DNA of 64,000 bases from Hoyosella rhizosphaerae (GCF_014643175.1 NZ_BMJH01000001.1:1474209-1538208), one strand, 5' to 3'. Shown: positions 36,413-46,588, counted from the first letter of the stretch. The notes: generated from the letters alone by a model not told the origin. Made by a program: numbers and translations.

Positions 36413-37576
36413 CTAGGACTTAGTCGCCGTGGACTTTGCCGCCGTGGACGTAGTCGCCGTGGACGTAGACGCCGTGCCACGGAGTTTGGGCGGAAGCTCA
36501 AACAACCACGTCAACCGGGCAGCCATCAGCGCCTTATGCACATACAACGCCAACATCACCGTAGCGACGGTGAGGACTACCGGCGCGATGAACTGAACAA
36601 CAACAAGACCGCCGACAATCGGGGTTTTCATCAACCCAAACACCAAAACGGCGATCAGAATGTCGAGCATCAAGTACACAGGTAGCGTGTTGCGCCCGAC
36701 CTTGTTCAACATCTCGCCCAACCAGGTGCGGACCAGCGCGGAAGCCACAAGCACACCAGCAAGAAGGCCGAACGTGGTGAGGACAATTTTCATCCCAGGA
36801 ACGTCGATGCTCGTACCGCGCAGAACAGCAAAAACTGCTGCGTATGCGGCAATTGCGGCCAAGACCCACGGCACTGAGTTCCGGTTGCTTACCTTGATGA
36901 TCACGCTTCGGGCATGCAACCCAAGCAGGAAGTACACAAAGTACTCAGCGAGGTTGTTCCACGACCAATGCACGATTGTGTAGTACTGGGAAAACACGCT
37001 GAGTGCGATGGCTGCGGAAAACTGAACCCACAACGGCAATTTGCTCATCAACTTTGCGGCCACGGCAAAAACAGCGAGCCCGTATATAAACCACAGAGCA
37101 CTGTTGGGCATATAAATTCCGCCGACAATGTTCTGCCAGGACGCATATCCCCCGTGGCTGACTTCTTGCGGCAAAACATTATGAACCGCAAAAAACACCA
37201 CGAGCCACAGCATGTATAGGTAAAACAGGTGAGCTACGCGGCTTCGCAACATCGTCGGCCATGCCATCGCGATCATGCCCTGCGCAAACAGTCCCGACGC
37301 CACAAAAAACAGTGGCATCCGCACTGGCTGCAGGTATCCATTGATGGTGCGCCACACTTCGGGTGTCATATCGCGGCGCACGAGCATGTCGACAACATGC
37401 AGAAGCACCACTAGGACAATGGTTAGCCCTTTTGCGATATCCACCCATTCAACGCGTGTCTTTCGCGGCGTTGATGTGATTTGAGCGGACGGCGTGACAT
37501 CGGTGCGATCATCGCCTGGCGTGCGGGCGGCTGACGAACTCGTGAGTGCCGACCCTTCCCATGACGATGCTTGCAT
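36413..37576 (-). CDS. Acyltransferase family 3 (OpgC/OatA-like) membrane protein with C-terminal Thr/Ser/Ala repeat tail
   Basis: 'VEWVDIAKGLTIVLVVLLH...MPLFFVASG' matches the PF01757-type signature with ~10 TM helices. Start at ATG 37576 (AGGGAG RBS); the ORF track extends to TTG 37714. The C-terminal 'GTASTSTATTSTAAKSTATKS' is encoded by a 15-bp tandem repeat. Confidence 0.7.
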   Translation of the reverse strand: MQASSWEGSALTSSSAARTPGDDRTDVTPSAQITSTPRKTRVEWVDIAKGLTIVLVVLLHVVDMLVRRDMTPEVWRTINGYLQPVRMPLFFVASGLFAQGMIAMAWPTMLRSRVAHLFYLYMLWLVVFFAVHNVLPQEVSHGGYASWQNIVGGIYMPNSALWFIYGLAVFAVAAKLMSKLPLWVQFSAAIALSVFSQYYTIVHWSWNNLAEYFVYFLLGLHARSVIIKVSNRNSVPWVLAAIAAYAAVFAVLRGTSIDVPGMKIVLTTFGLLAGVLVASALVRTWLGEMLNKVGRNTLPVYLMLDILIAVLVFGLMKTPIVGGLVVVQFIAPVVLTVATVMLALYVHKALMAARLTWLFELPPKLRGTASTSTATTSTAAKSTATKS

Positions 37577-37729
37577 CTGGACAACTCCCTGGTGTTTGAA
37601 CGAAAGCGACTGAACAAACGCCACGAATTTGCTGTGAATTCCGTTAACGCAGCGTTGCGCTCCTCCTCCGTAGGGTAAGGGGTTCGCGGCGAAAACGGAA
37701 TAGGCGTGCAGCAAACGTCACATGATTAC

Positions 37730-39112
37730 CTATGCACTTTCGAGTCCTAATTGTTTCTCAAGTGACACGAGAGCATCGTCGAGGAATGTCAGGAGTTTTT
37801 GTAGGTGCGGCACAGCTTTACGGCACCCCACAATTCCGAAATCCAAAGTTTCGGCGTTACTCGTCAAGGTGATGTTCAACGCAAGCCCATCCATAGCAAT
37901 GGACAGTGGATAAATACCGTCGAGCCGAGCACCGTCCCAGTACAGCGGCTTACGTGGACCCGGCACATTGGAGATCACAATGTTGAAGGCAGGAGGGGTG
38001 TGCGACACAAAACCCGGAACTGGGGCGAGGGCGAGCGGTGAGACCATAAACGCACCTACCGCCATCGCCTGGTTTGGACTCAATCCGGTAAGCATCCGTT
38101 TCGCCTGCTGCATCGAATTCGTGACACATTCGAGACGTTCAAGGGCGTCCGCTCGGTGTGTCCCGAGGCTTGTAAGGACCGCGGTAACGGCATTTCCGCC
38201 GTTTCCATCCTCCACCATGCTGTGCAGCGACACTGGCACCATGGCGATGAGGGGATCCTCCGGCAGTGCATTCTGGCTTATCAGGTAGTCGCGTAACGCA
38301 CCGCCGCACATCGACAGCACAACGTCATTCATCGTGCACCCCGATGCCTTGCCTACCGCCTTTATCCGCGCGATTGACCACGACTGTGCGGCAAACCGGC
38401 GGGCCCCACCAATGGGCACGTTGAAGATGGTTTTCGGCGCGCGGAGCGGAAGCACCATGTCGCGTTCACGGATGGCCTGCCACCCAATGCGCGCTGCGGC
38501 CGGCACACCACCTGCAACATCACCAGCGATCCCGTAGCCGTACTTAGCCAGGCCAACAGGGTTGAATCGCGATCGCTTTCCTTCGAGTGCGCGGCGTTGA
38601 CGTGGCGCAAACGGGGCCGGGCAATCTCGCGCTTCTGGGTCGTCCGACAGAACCGCTTGGAGCGTTTTTAGGGCTGTGACGCCGTCTATTAGTGCGTGGT
38701 GCACCTTTGTATAGACGGCAAACCGGCCATCTTCGAGGCCTTCGACGATTCGCATCTCCCACAAAGGTCGGTGCCGGTCCAGGAGAGAACTGTGCCAACG
38801 TGACGTCGCCGAGAAAAGCTCTCGGATGCGGCCTGGTTGCGGGAGTGCGGTGAGTTGGACGTGGTAGTCGAGATCAATCTCGTCGTCGGTAGCCCACAGT
38901 AAATTTCGTGGAGTGTTAAATGGAGTTCCCGGGCGGCGGCGAAACTTCTCCCCCACTTCAGGGGATTCGATAAGTTGCTCGTAGCGCTCTCGGATAAACC
39001 CCGGTCCCGCACCCTCTGGAGGCGTGAACAACTCGAGCCCCCCGACGTGCATGGGATGTTCCCGGCTTTCGATCGCTAGGAACATGAGGTCCTGCGGCGC
39101 CATCAAACCCAT
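37730..39112 (-). CDS. Wax ester synthase / acyl-CoA:diacylglycerol acyltransferase (WS/DGAT)
   Basis: Catalytic 'HHALIDG' motif, N-terminal 'LMFLAIESREHPMHVGG' and overall ~460-aa length match WS/DGAT (Atf/Tgs) enzymes. Confidence 0.8.
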   Translation of the reverse strand: MGLMAPQDLMFLAIESREHPMHVGGLELFTPPEGAGPGFIRERYEQLIESPEVGEKFRRRPGTPFNTPRNLLWATDDEIDLDYHVQLTALPQPGRIRELFSATSRWHSSLLDRHRPLWEMRIVEGLEDGRFAVYTKVHHALIDGVTALKTLQAVLSDDPEARDCPAPFAPRQRRALEGKRSRFNPVGLAKYGYGIAGDVAGGVPAAARIGWQAIRERDMVLPLRAPKTIFNVPIGGARRFAAQSWSIARIKAVGKASGCTMNDVVLSMCGGALRDYLISQNALPEDPLIAMVPVSLHSMVEDGNGGNAVTAVLTSLGTHRADALERLECVTNSMQQAKRMLTGLSPNQAMAVGAFMVSPLALAPVPGFVSHTPPAFNIVISNVPGPRKPLYWDGARLDGIYPLSIAMDGLALNITLTSNAETLDFGIVGCRKAVPHLQKLLTFLDDALVSLEKQLGLESA

Positions 39113-39264
39113 CTGCGTTCCTCCCCTAGTGTGATGGTCACTTTGCACGCTTTTCTGTTGAAATCTTAATGAAACAACTGTGTAACAAAGTGCCGTACGT
39201 CACGATATATAGATATAGATTACTGTGTACTATCGCGAACTGAGCCGAGGGGAAGTGCGACACG

Positions 39265-40338
39265 ATGGACCGCAACTTGCATCACACCCGCTCATTGCGC
39301 CTCGTCGGAAGTTCGAGCAGCGCAGCAATGGCGCTCGCCCACCCACAACCGCAATCCATCGTTCGCGAAAACTACCTCGGCGCCAGCTTCCAGTCTCAAA
39401 TCCTCGCCACGTCACTGCGATACAGCGTCAAGCCACTGCTGTCAGTATGGGCGAAATGGCCACATCTCCCTTGGCCTACCGGCGCTGTGGATCTGGCTGG
39501 ATCCATGCTTCCTGCGGTCCCCGGAACCCGCTACCGGACGGTGCAGTTGCCCCACTGTCGCGCGGAATGGATCAAAGCCGAAGAAGTCAACGCTCAACGC
39601 GTCGTTCTCTACCTACATGGCGGCGCATTCTTGACCTGCGGGTTGCGCACGCACCGACGCATGGTTTCGCTAATCTCCGCAGCGTCACGTACCCCCGTAC
39701 TCAGCGTCGACTACCGGATGCTGCCCCGCTACACCATTAACGATTCCGTAGAAGATGGAATCGACGCCTACCGGTGGCTCCTTCGTCGCGGATACCGGCC
39801 CGACCAAATCGTCATCGGCGGCGACTCAGCAGGCGGCTACCTGGCCTTCATGGTGACTCTCGCACTTCGTTCACAAGGCATCCCGGTGCCCGCCGGAATC
39901 ATTGCGCTCGCACCGCTGACAAACCTCAATCCAGCATCCAAAATGGCGCACAGCAACGCCAAGACTTGCTCACTGTTTTCGGCCGACGTTATGAACGTCT
40001 TCACCGAATACGCCGACCGCGTCGAACAGCGACTGATGATCAACGGAGCCCCGGGGCCCCGCGTATGCCCCGTAGACAGCGACCTAAGCGGCCTTCCACC
40101 GACGCTCCTCCAAGTAGGGTCCACCGAACTGCTGTTGCCGGACTCCGAAATGATCGCGGACCGACTGGCCCACTACGGTGTTCCCTGCCAGCTGCAGGTG
40201 TGGGACCGACAAGTTCACGTCTTCCAGGCGGCTGCTGGGATCGTCCCCGAAGCAACACGTGCCATCAGGGAAATCGGGCGTTTCGTTCAAGACGCAGTAC
40301 CAGCATCGGCCCGCCACAACGCACGATCACTCGCGTAG
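39265..40338 (+). CDS. Alpha/beta hydrolase fold-3 esterase/lipase (hormone-sensitive-lipase family)
   Basis: Oxyanion 'LYLHGGAF', nucleophile 'GGDSAGG', and a C-terminal His region. ATG at 39265 with GAGGGGAAG upstream. Confidence 0.8.
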   Translation: MDRNLHHTRSLRLVGSSSSAAMALAHPQPQSIVRENYLGASFQSQILATSLRYSVKPLLSVWAKWPHLPWPTGAVDLAGSMLPAVPGTRYRTVQLPHCRAEWIKAEEVNAQRVVLYLHGGAFLTCGLRTHRRMVSLISAASRTPVLSVDYRMLPRYTINDSVEDGIDAYRWLLRRGYRPDQIVIGGDSAGGYLAFMVTLALRSQGIPVPAGIIALAPLTNLNPASKMAHSNAKTCSLFSADVMNVFTEYADRVEQRLMINGAPGPRVCPVDSDLSGLPPTLLQVGSTELLLPDSEMIADRLAHYGVPCQLQVWDRQVHVFQAAAGIVPEATRAIREIGRFVQDAVPASARHNARSLA

Positions 40339-40373
40339 TTCACGATCCCGGCCTGTTCACGACCCCGGCCTGA

Positions 40374-41111
40374 TCACGATCCAGACAGCGCATCCAGTGC
40401 AGACTGCGCCTCCGCGAGCTCCTTCCGTAGATCGGCAACACGCCTTTCCGCCGCCTGGCGCGCAGCATTAAGTGCAGCTTGAGCTGCACGCAACGCCCCC
40501 GGGTGGTCAAGCTGCTCAATTGCACGCAAGACCGCATCTGGTGAAACACTGGCAGGCTTCAACGACAGGCCACCAGGGCGATCCACTTCAATTGACCACG
40601 CGCCATCCGCGTCGGCACGAAGTGAAATCGCGCACTCCGCCGACTTTTTTGCCGTCTTGCTGGGGGCCGTTTTGCTCGGGGCCGTTTCGACGCTCCTTTT
40701 GGGCGGTACCGGCGCTTTTCGAGCAGCCTCAGCAGGCGCGGGCTGAGGTGTTGGAGCGGGCTGGGTGGCTGGGACGGGCTTGGGCGCTGGTGTCTGCTTC
40801 TTAGGTGCTGGTGCGCGCGAGGTCGAAACACTCTTAGCGCGGGGCTTCCGCTTCGGCGGCTCGGGAGCCTTGCGTGTGCGCCTCAACTCATGAGCCTCAA
40901 ACGGGATCTCATCATCAACACCAGCCGGTTTAACCAGCACGCTTGAACCATCGACGGAAATCACGCGAGCAGAAGCCCCTGCCGCAAGCCCAAGTCCGAC
41001 AATCGGTTCCCGCAAGAAGACCGTGACGCGTTTCCCTTCGGCCAACCCCGCAGCGATTTGTGCCAATTCCTCGCCGGTCAGGTGCTCATATGTTGTAGCC
41101 ATACCCCACAT
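40374..41111 (-). CDS. Hypothetical protein with Pro/Ala/Lys-rich low-complexity linker
   Basis: A small N-terminal domain, a ~90-aa 'PAPKKQTPAPKPVPATQPAPTPQPAPA' linker, and a C-terminal helical domain. Start is ATG 41111 or 41102. Confidence 0.4.
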   Translation of the reverse strand: MWGMATTYEHLTGEELAQIAAGLAEGKRVTVFLREPIVGLGLAAGASARVISVDGSSVLVKPAGVDDEIPFEAHELRRTRKAPEPPKRKPRAKSVSTSRAPAPKKQTPAPKPVPATQPAPTPQPAPAEAARKAPVPPKRSVETAPSKTAPSKTAKKSAECAISLRADADGAWSIEVDRPGGLSLKPASVSPDAVLRAIEQLDHPGALRAAQAALNAARQAAERRVADLRKELAEAQSALDALSGS

Positions 41112-41215
41112 TGTCCGGGATTTTGTCGTGTCATATCGCTCACGACTCAGGTTTGTCACATTCAGGGACTATGTTCGTGCTAACAGTACGCGCACGGGAG
41201 AAGGGGAGGCACCAC

Positions 41216-42556
41216 ATGCACGCGCGCCCCGCACAGCTACGCACTCGCAACTTTTGTCCGCCCACGTGGGCACATGGCGCCCTACTCGTGGGCGCGGTTG
41301 GCGCTGTGCTTTTCCACATTTTTGTCGTGCCCTTTGGTGCGCAACATTGGGGCCTTTTCAACAACATGCTGGACGTCAATGTTTACGCAGCAGGTGGGCT
41401 AGCAGTACTTGAAAATCGAACACTCTACGCCGGACCGGTTTATGGCCCGATGCCATTCACCTACCCGCCGTTCTCGGCGCTTTTATTCACTGGCCTGGCC
41501 TTAATGGATCAAACAGTGCTGCAGATCCTCTGGACCGTCGCCACTGTCGCGGCGCTCTACGCCACGGTCGTGCTGTGCTGGAAATCCCTGGGTTACCGCA
41601 TCGGTCAGTCTTTGCTGCTGGCGGCCGTGCCAATGACCATCATTGCCACCGTCCTCGAACCAGTGCGCACGACGCTGTGGTACGGGCAGATCAACATCTT
41701 TCTGATGCTGCTCATTGTCTGGGATCTCACCCGCCCGCAGGGAGGACTCCTGCGGGGCATTGGCGTGGGTATTGCCGCCGGGATCAAGCTCACGCCCGGA
41801 TTCTTCTTCGTATATTTGGCGCTCACCCGCCAATGGCGCACCCTTTACGTTTCGATTGTCGCGCTGCTAGGAACGATCGTCGTCGCGGCTGCGGTAATTC
41901 CCCGCGACTCCTGGACTTTCTGGCGTGGAACCCTTTTCGAATCCGAGCGCATCGGTCAAATTAATGCCCCAGCAAACCAATCAATAACTGGAGTGTTGGC
42001 ACAGATTTTTAACACCACAGAACCACCGAAAGCGATCGTCGGAATCGTCACCCTCGCGGTGCTCGTCCTTGCACTTGTCGCCATCTGGCTAGCTCATCGC
42101 GCTGATCAACACCTGCTTGCGATCACTCTCGCAGGTCTCACCGCTTCCATGGTGTCGCCGTTCTCCTGGGGGCACCACTGGGTGTGGTTCGTCCCCCTCA
42201 TCATCGCGCTCTGCCATTATGCAGTGCTGTCGCAACGACTGTGGGTGTGGTCCGCACCGGTTCTTGTCGCACTTCCGGTGCTGTGTTGGGTACAGGTCTT
42301 CACTGATCCAACACAACCGTCTGGCAGGTTCTACGCAATAGGCACTTTCATGCTGCTACCGCCTGATGCTGAACTCGTGCTGCTCGTGCGATCAGCATTT
42401 CCGGGAACAATGTTGATCGTCACCCTCACGACCATCGCCGTACTCGGTTGGCGTGAACTCGGGCGCACTCAACGGGCGCATAGACTTGAGACAAACACCG
42501 CCCTCTTAGTCGCCGCACATCAGCCAGAAACTGCTTCAGGTGCCATGATCAAATGA
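41216..42556 (+). CDS. GT87 family glycosyltransferase (DUF2029; polyprenol-P-mannose-dependent alpha-1,2-mannosyltransferase-like)
   Basis: Polytopic protein with the DUF2029 region ('...GIKLTPGFFFVYL...'). ATG at 41216 with GAGAAGGGGAGG RBS 6 nt upstream. Confidence 0.7.
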   Translation: MHARPAQLRTRNFCPPTWAHGALLVGAVGAVLFHIFVVPFGAQHWGLFNNMLDVNVYAAGGLAVLENRTLYAGPVYGPMPFTYPPFSALLFTGLALMDQTVLQILWTVATVAALYATVVLCWKSLGYRIGQSLLLAAVPMTIIATVLEPVRTTLWYGQINIFLMLLIVWDLTRPQGGLLRGIGVGIAAGIKLTPGFFFVYLALTRQWRTLYVSIVALLGTIVVAAAVIPRDSWTFWRGTLFESERIGQINAPANQSITGVLAQIFNTTEPPKAIVGIVTLAVLVLALVAIWLAHRADQHLLAITLAGLTASMVSPFSWGHHWVWFVPLIIALCHYAVLSQRLWVWSAPVLVALPVLCWVQVFTDPTQPSGRFYAIGTFMLLPPDAELVLLVRSAFPGTMLIVTLTTIAVLGWRELGRTQRAHRLETNTALLVAAHQPETASGAMIK

Positions 42557-43770
42557 TGTCGGAACTGCTAAGCCGCCTCACAACGATCCTCGCCCCTGTA
42601 GACGAACTGCTGCAGGAGCGCTTTCCATCGGTGAGTCGACTTCACCAACCGCCGCACACCGTGTACGTCAGTGCGGCTGACGCCAATGAGCAGACCATCG
42701 ATCACTGGCGAACTGCAGCGCTTTCCCTTCTCGACGCGCACCGCACCGAACTCGTCGCACTTGCCTCCCCTCAGGCCGTGGCCAGGTCCGAACAACGACT
42801 GCGCGAAAACCCCATCGCCGATATTCGTTACGACTTCGAAGACGGCTACGGGTGGCGCAGCGACGCCGAAGAAGATTCGCATGCGCGCGAGGTCGGAAAC
42901 TTACTAGCTGCGACAGGGAAACAACCCCAGTCGTGTGGTATTCGCCCCAAAGGGCTAGCTCCACACGAGCGCGGACGCGCAATGCGCACCCTCGAACTCG
43001 TATTTGACGCAGCCGGTGGTCCGCCTCCGGGCTTCGTGATGACAATTCCGAAACTGCGGCACCCCACCCAGGTCCAGGCCGTAAACACCGTGTGTGAGCA
43101 CTTCGAACGCGCCCACGGACTCGTCGAGGGGGCTTTGAAGTTCGAACTTCAAATCGAATCACCCCAGGCGGTCGTCGGCGTCGACGGCACAACCCCCATC
43201 CCAGAAGCCATCGAACTGGGGGGTACCCGCCTTACCGGACTTCACTACGGCACATTCGACTACAGCGCCGCGTGTGGAATAGCACCGCAACACCAGTCGC
43301 TTGACCACCCCGTCGCCGATCACGCAAAAGCCGTCATGCTCGCCGCAGCCGCTCAAACAGGAGTGTGGGTGTGCGACGGATCCACCAACATTGTTCCCAC
43401 CGGCAGCCCACAACAACGATCCGCGGCCCTCAAAACCCACTATGACCTAGTCATGCGGTCACTCTCCCGGGGCTACTACCAAGGATGGGACATGCACCCC
43501 GGCCACCTCGTCACGCGATGGCTCGCCACATTCGTATTCTTTGACACGTCACTACACGTTGCTCTCCCCCGGATCGCAACCTACCTCAAGAATCGATCCG
43601 GCGACGTTATGGACGAACCGGCAACGGCCCAAGCGCTTGCAACCGTGGTTCTTCGCGGACTCCACTGCGGCGCATACGGCGACCACGACATCACTGCGCA
43701 ACACCCCGAATGCACGCCCGCCGTACTAACCGAACTCGCAGCAAGAGTAATCCCGAACACCAGCCGCTGA
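42553..43770 (+). CDS. Conserved protein of the ureide-catabolism cluster, possibly HpcH/CitE-like TIM-barrel lyase (uncertain)
   Basis: 405 aa. 'IADIRYDFEDGYGW' is reminiscent of the Mg-binding D-x-E-D segment of CitE/HpcH aldolases. Translationally coupled (ATGA) to the upstream mannosyltransferase and followed by allantoicase. Confidence 0.35.
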   Translation: MMSELLSRLTTILAPVDELLQERFPSVSRLHQPPHTVYVSAADANEQTIDHWRTAALSLLDAHRTELVALASPQAVARSEQRLRENPIADIRYDFEDGYGWRSDAEEDSHAREVGNLLAATGKQPQSCGIRPKGLAPHERGRAMRTLELVFDAAGGPPPGFVMTIPKLRHPTQVQAVNTVCEHFERAHGLVEGALKFELQIESPQAVVGVDGTTPIPEAIELGGTRLTGLHYGTFDYSAACGIAPQHQSLDHPVADHAKAVMLAAAAQTGVWVCDGSTNIVPTGSPQQRSAALKTHYDLVMRSLSRGYYQGWDMHPGHLVTRWLATFVFFDTSLHVALPRIATYLKNRSGDVMDEPATAQALATVVLRGLHCGAYGDHDITAQHPECTPAVLTELAARVIPNTSR

Positions 43771-43811
43771 GATTTCACACAACGGCAACGTGTGACCAGT
43801 ACTTTGACAAT

Positions 43812-44825
43812 GTGACCCAACCTCGCGACTTCACACAACTGCCCGACCTCGCAGCACGAGCCCTCGGAGGTTCGGTCATCTGGGCCAACGACGAATCGTT
43901 TGCCGAAAAAGAAAACCTCATCCGCAGCGGCGTACCAGGCCATTCGCCAGCAACATTCGGCCACAAAGGCCAGGTATACGACGGCTGGGAAACACGACGA
44001 CGGAGAGCGCCCGGCTCTGATCACGCCATCATCCGACTAGGCACACCCGGGATCATTCACGGCGTCATCGTCGACACCTCCTGGTTCGTGGGCAACTATC
44101 CCCCAGAAGTTTCGGTAGAAGGCACAAACGTAGCCGGATACCCCGACCCAAACACCATTAACGACGCCGCGGAGTGGGAAACGCTCGTTCCGCAAACACG
44201 GGTGGACGGGAACCTACCGAACAAGTTCGACGTCAGTAACCGCGCCCGATTCACCCATGTGCGGCTCTCCATGCACCCCGACGGCGGTGTAGCTCGCCTG
44301 CGAGTGCACGGTTACGCAAAACCCGATCCAGCATTGCTCGCTGCTGGCCCACTCGACCTTGCAGCAGTGGAGAACGGCGCATATGTGACGGACTGTTCAA
44401 ACTTCTTCTACAGCTCCCCTAACAACCTGCTCATGCCAGGGTTCGCTCGTAGTATGGGTGACGGGTGGGAAACCGCGCGACGCCGATTCGGGAGCGAATC
44501 CTGGGAAGCACACAATGACTGGGTTGAGGTCAAACTCGCCGCACCCGGCACGATCAGCATGGTCGAACTTGACACGACGTGCTTCCTCTACAACTCACCC
44601 GGAAGTGGCAGAGTCCAAGGCAGGAACGGTTCGGGTGCGTGGCACGAAATCCTTCCCCAGACTCCGCTAAGGCCGGACACTCGCCACCGATTCCCCGTCG
44701 TCGCGTCTGAACAAGTCACCGATGTCAGGCTCGACATCTACCCAGATGGCGGCATGAGCCGACTCCGCGTGTGGGGCCAACTCACCGCCGAAGGGCATCG
44801 AGTTTTGCAAGGCGGCGACGAATGA
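43812..44825 (+). CDS. alc: Allantoicase
   Basis: Two allantoicase repeats ('NLIRSGVPG...GWETRRRR...DGGVARLRVHG' and 'GWETARRR...DGGMSRLRVWG'). GTG at 43812. Confidence 0.85.
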   Translation: MTQPRDFTQLPDLAARALGGSVIWANDESFAEKENLIRSGVPGHSPATFGHKGQVYDGWETRRRRAPGSDHAIIRLGTPGIIHGVIVDTSWFVGNYPPEVSVEGTNVAGYPDPNTINDAAEWETLVPQTRVDGNLPNKFDVSNRARFTHVRLSMHPDGGVARLRVHGYAKPDPALLAAGPLDLAAVENGAYVTDCSNFFYSSPNNLLMPGFARSMGDGWETARRRFGSESWEAHNDWVEVKLAAPGTISMVELDTTCFLYNSPGSGRVQGRNGSGAWHEILPQTPLRPDTRHRFPVVASEQVTDVRLDIYPDGGMSRLRVWGQLTAEGHRVLQGGDE

Positions 44826-45727
44826 CATCTCCGCGTGATTTCGTCGGCTATGGCTCCCGTCCTCCACACCCGCAGTGGCCAGACGACGCGCGAATCGCCG
44901 TCCAGTTCGTTCTTAATTACGAAGAAGGCGCTGAGAACAATGTTCTCGACGGTGATGCCGCATCAGAGACTTTCCTCTCCGATATTGTTCCAGCGGAAGC
45001 ATTCCCCGCTCGTCACATGAGCATGGAATCACTCTATGAATACGGCTCACGAGCAGGCGTATGGCGTCTGCTGCGAATCTTCGAGCAACGATCACTGCCA
45101 CTCACCATCTTCGCCGTAGCACGGGCACTGCAACGCAACCCCGAAGCCGCTGCGGCATTCACTGAGCTTGGTCACGAAATCGCCTGTCACGGGCTCCGCT
45201 GGATCAGCTACCAGAATGTTTCCCGTGAAACCGAGCGGGAACACATGCATGAAGCCGTAGAAATACTGCGGGGCATCACCGGATCAGCGCCGCAAGGGTG
45301 GTACACCGGGCGCGACTCACCCAACACCCGAGCACTTGTAATGGAGCATGGTGGCTTCATCTACGACTCCGACTCGTACGCTGACGACCTCCCCTACTGG
45401 GTACCCACCCCCACAGGATCGTCACACCTAGTCGTTCCTTACACCTTAGAAACCAACGACATGCGGTTCTCGTCCCCCGCAGGGTTCGCCAACGGGGAAC
45501 AGTTCTACGCGCATCTCCGCGACAGTTTCGACGTGCTCTACCGTGAAGGACTCGCAGGGCGCCCCGCCATGATGTCCGTTGGATTGCATTGCAGAATCGC
45601 CGGACGCCCATCGCGAGCCGCAGCCATCGAACGCTTCCTCGACCACATCCAAAGCTACGACAAAGTCTGGATCACCCGACGCATCGACATTGCGAACCAC
45701 TGGCACACCGTTCATCCTGCACCGTGA
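44822..45727 (+). CDS. puuE: Allantoinase PuuE (polysaccharide-deacetylase-type, metal-independent)
   Basis: 'RDFVGYGSRPPHPQWPDDARIAVQFVLNYEEGAE' is the canonical PuuE N-terminus. ATGA overlap with the alc stop. Confidence 0.85.
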   Translation: MTSPRDFVGYGSRPPHPQWPDDARIAVQFVLNYEEGAENNVLDGDAASETFLSDIVPAEAFPARHMSMESLYEYGSRAGVWRLLRIFEQRSLPLTIFAVARALQRNPEAAAAFTELGHEIACHGLRWISYQNVSRETEREHMHEAVEILRGITGSAPQGWYTGRDSPNTRALVMEHGGFIYDSDSYADDLPYWVPTPTGSSHLVVPYTLETNDMRFSSPAGFANGEQFYAHLRDSFDVLYREGLAGRPAMMSVGLHCRIAGRPSRAAAIERFLDHIQSYDKVWITRRIDIANHWHTVHPAP

Positions 45728-45813
45728 CATCGGTGTCGCCTTTTCTTCCACCGGGTGGGCGCGCGCATGCGTACGCTAAGTGGCAACATCATCGTTGCGG
45801 GGAAGGGATCACG

Positions 45814-46557
45814 ATGAACCGCTTGAGAAGTCACGTCGCACGCAGTACCGCTGCCCTGTCGCTTGTGCTCGTTGGGGCACTAGCAACGGCAGGGTGCACC
45901 GCTGGGAGCAGCGCGGACCAGTCCGGGGAGTCTGCAGGAATCACCATGAGCGGCACTGGGACTGTGTCGGGCACCCCTGACACCTTGCGGGCAACTGTCG
46001 CGGCGATGGTGCTGCGGGACTCTGTCGAGGAAGGTCTCGATGCGGCCAATGAGGTGGCGCAACGGCTTATCGATACCGCCCGCGACGGTGGCGTCGCCGA
46101 CGAAGACATTCAGACAGAGCAGTTCTCCATCAATCCACGGTTCGAGTTCGACGAAGGTACGCGGTCGCGCTCGATTTCCGGGTACGAAGTCACCAACCGA
46201 CTCACTATCAAGATCCGAGATCTTGATAGTGCAAGTTCCATCTTGGACGCACTCGGCCGCACCGGAGGCAATGACGCTGTGGTCAACAGCGTTGGGTTTT
46301 CACTCGAAGACAATGCGGACCTCATCCGGCAAGCACGGGAACGTGCATTCGAGGACGCACGACAGAGCGCCGATCAGTATGCCGGTCTCGCAGGGCGCGA
46401 CCTCGGCGACGTTGTCAGCATTGTGGAAGAACTAGCGCCTACCCCTCAGCCTTTCCAAGCTGACGATATGCTGCAACGCGCCGAAGGCTCTGTGCCGCTC
46501 GAACCTGGCACAGAAAATGTGGAAGTCCGCGTAACGGTTCGCTGGTTGTTCAACTAG
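45814..46557 (+). CDS. SIMPL domain (DUF541) lipoprotein
   Basis: Signal + lipobox 'LATAGC', then a SIMPL-like body ('...VTNRLTIKIRDLDSASSILDAL...'). GGGGAAGGGA RBS. Confidence 0.65.
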   Translation: MNRLRSHVARSTAALSLVLVGALATAGCTAGSSADQSGESAGITMSGTGTVSGTPDTLRATVAAMVLRDSVEEGLDAANEVAQRLIDTARDGGVADEDIQTEQFSINPRFEFDEGTRSRSISGYEVTNRLTIKIRDLDSASSILDALGRTGGNDAVVNSVGFSLEDNADLIRQARERAFEDARQSADQYAGLAGRDLGDVVSIVEELAPTPQPFQADDMLQRAEGSVPLEPGTENVEVRVTVRWLFN

Positions 46558-46588
46558 GCGTCGCAGGGGTATTGCTAGGTACTGCACC

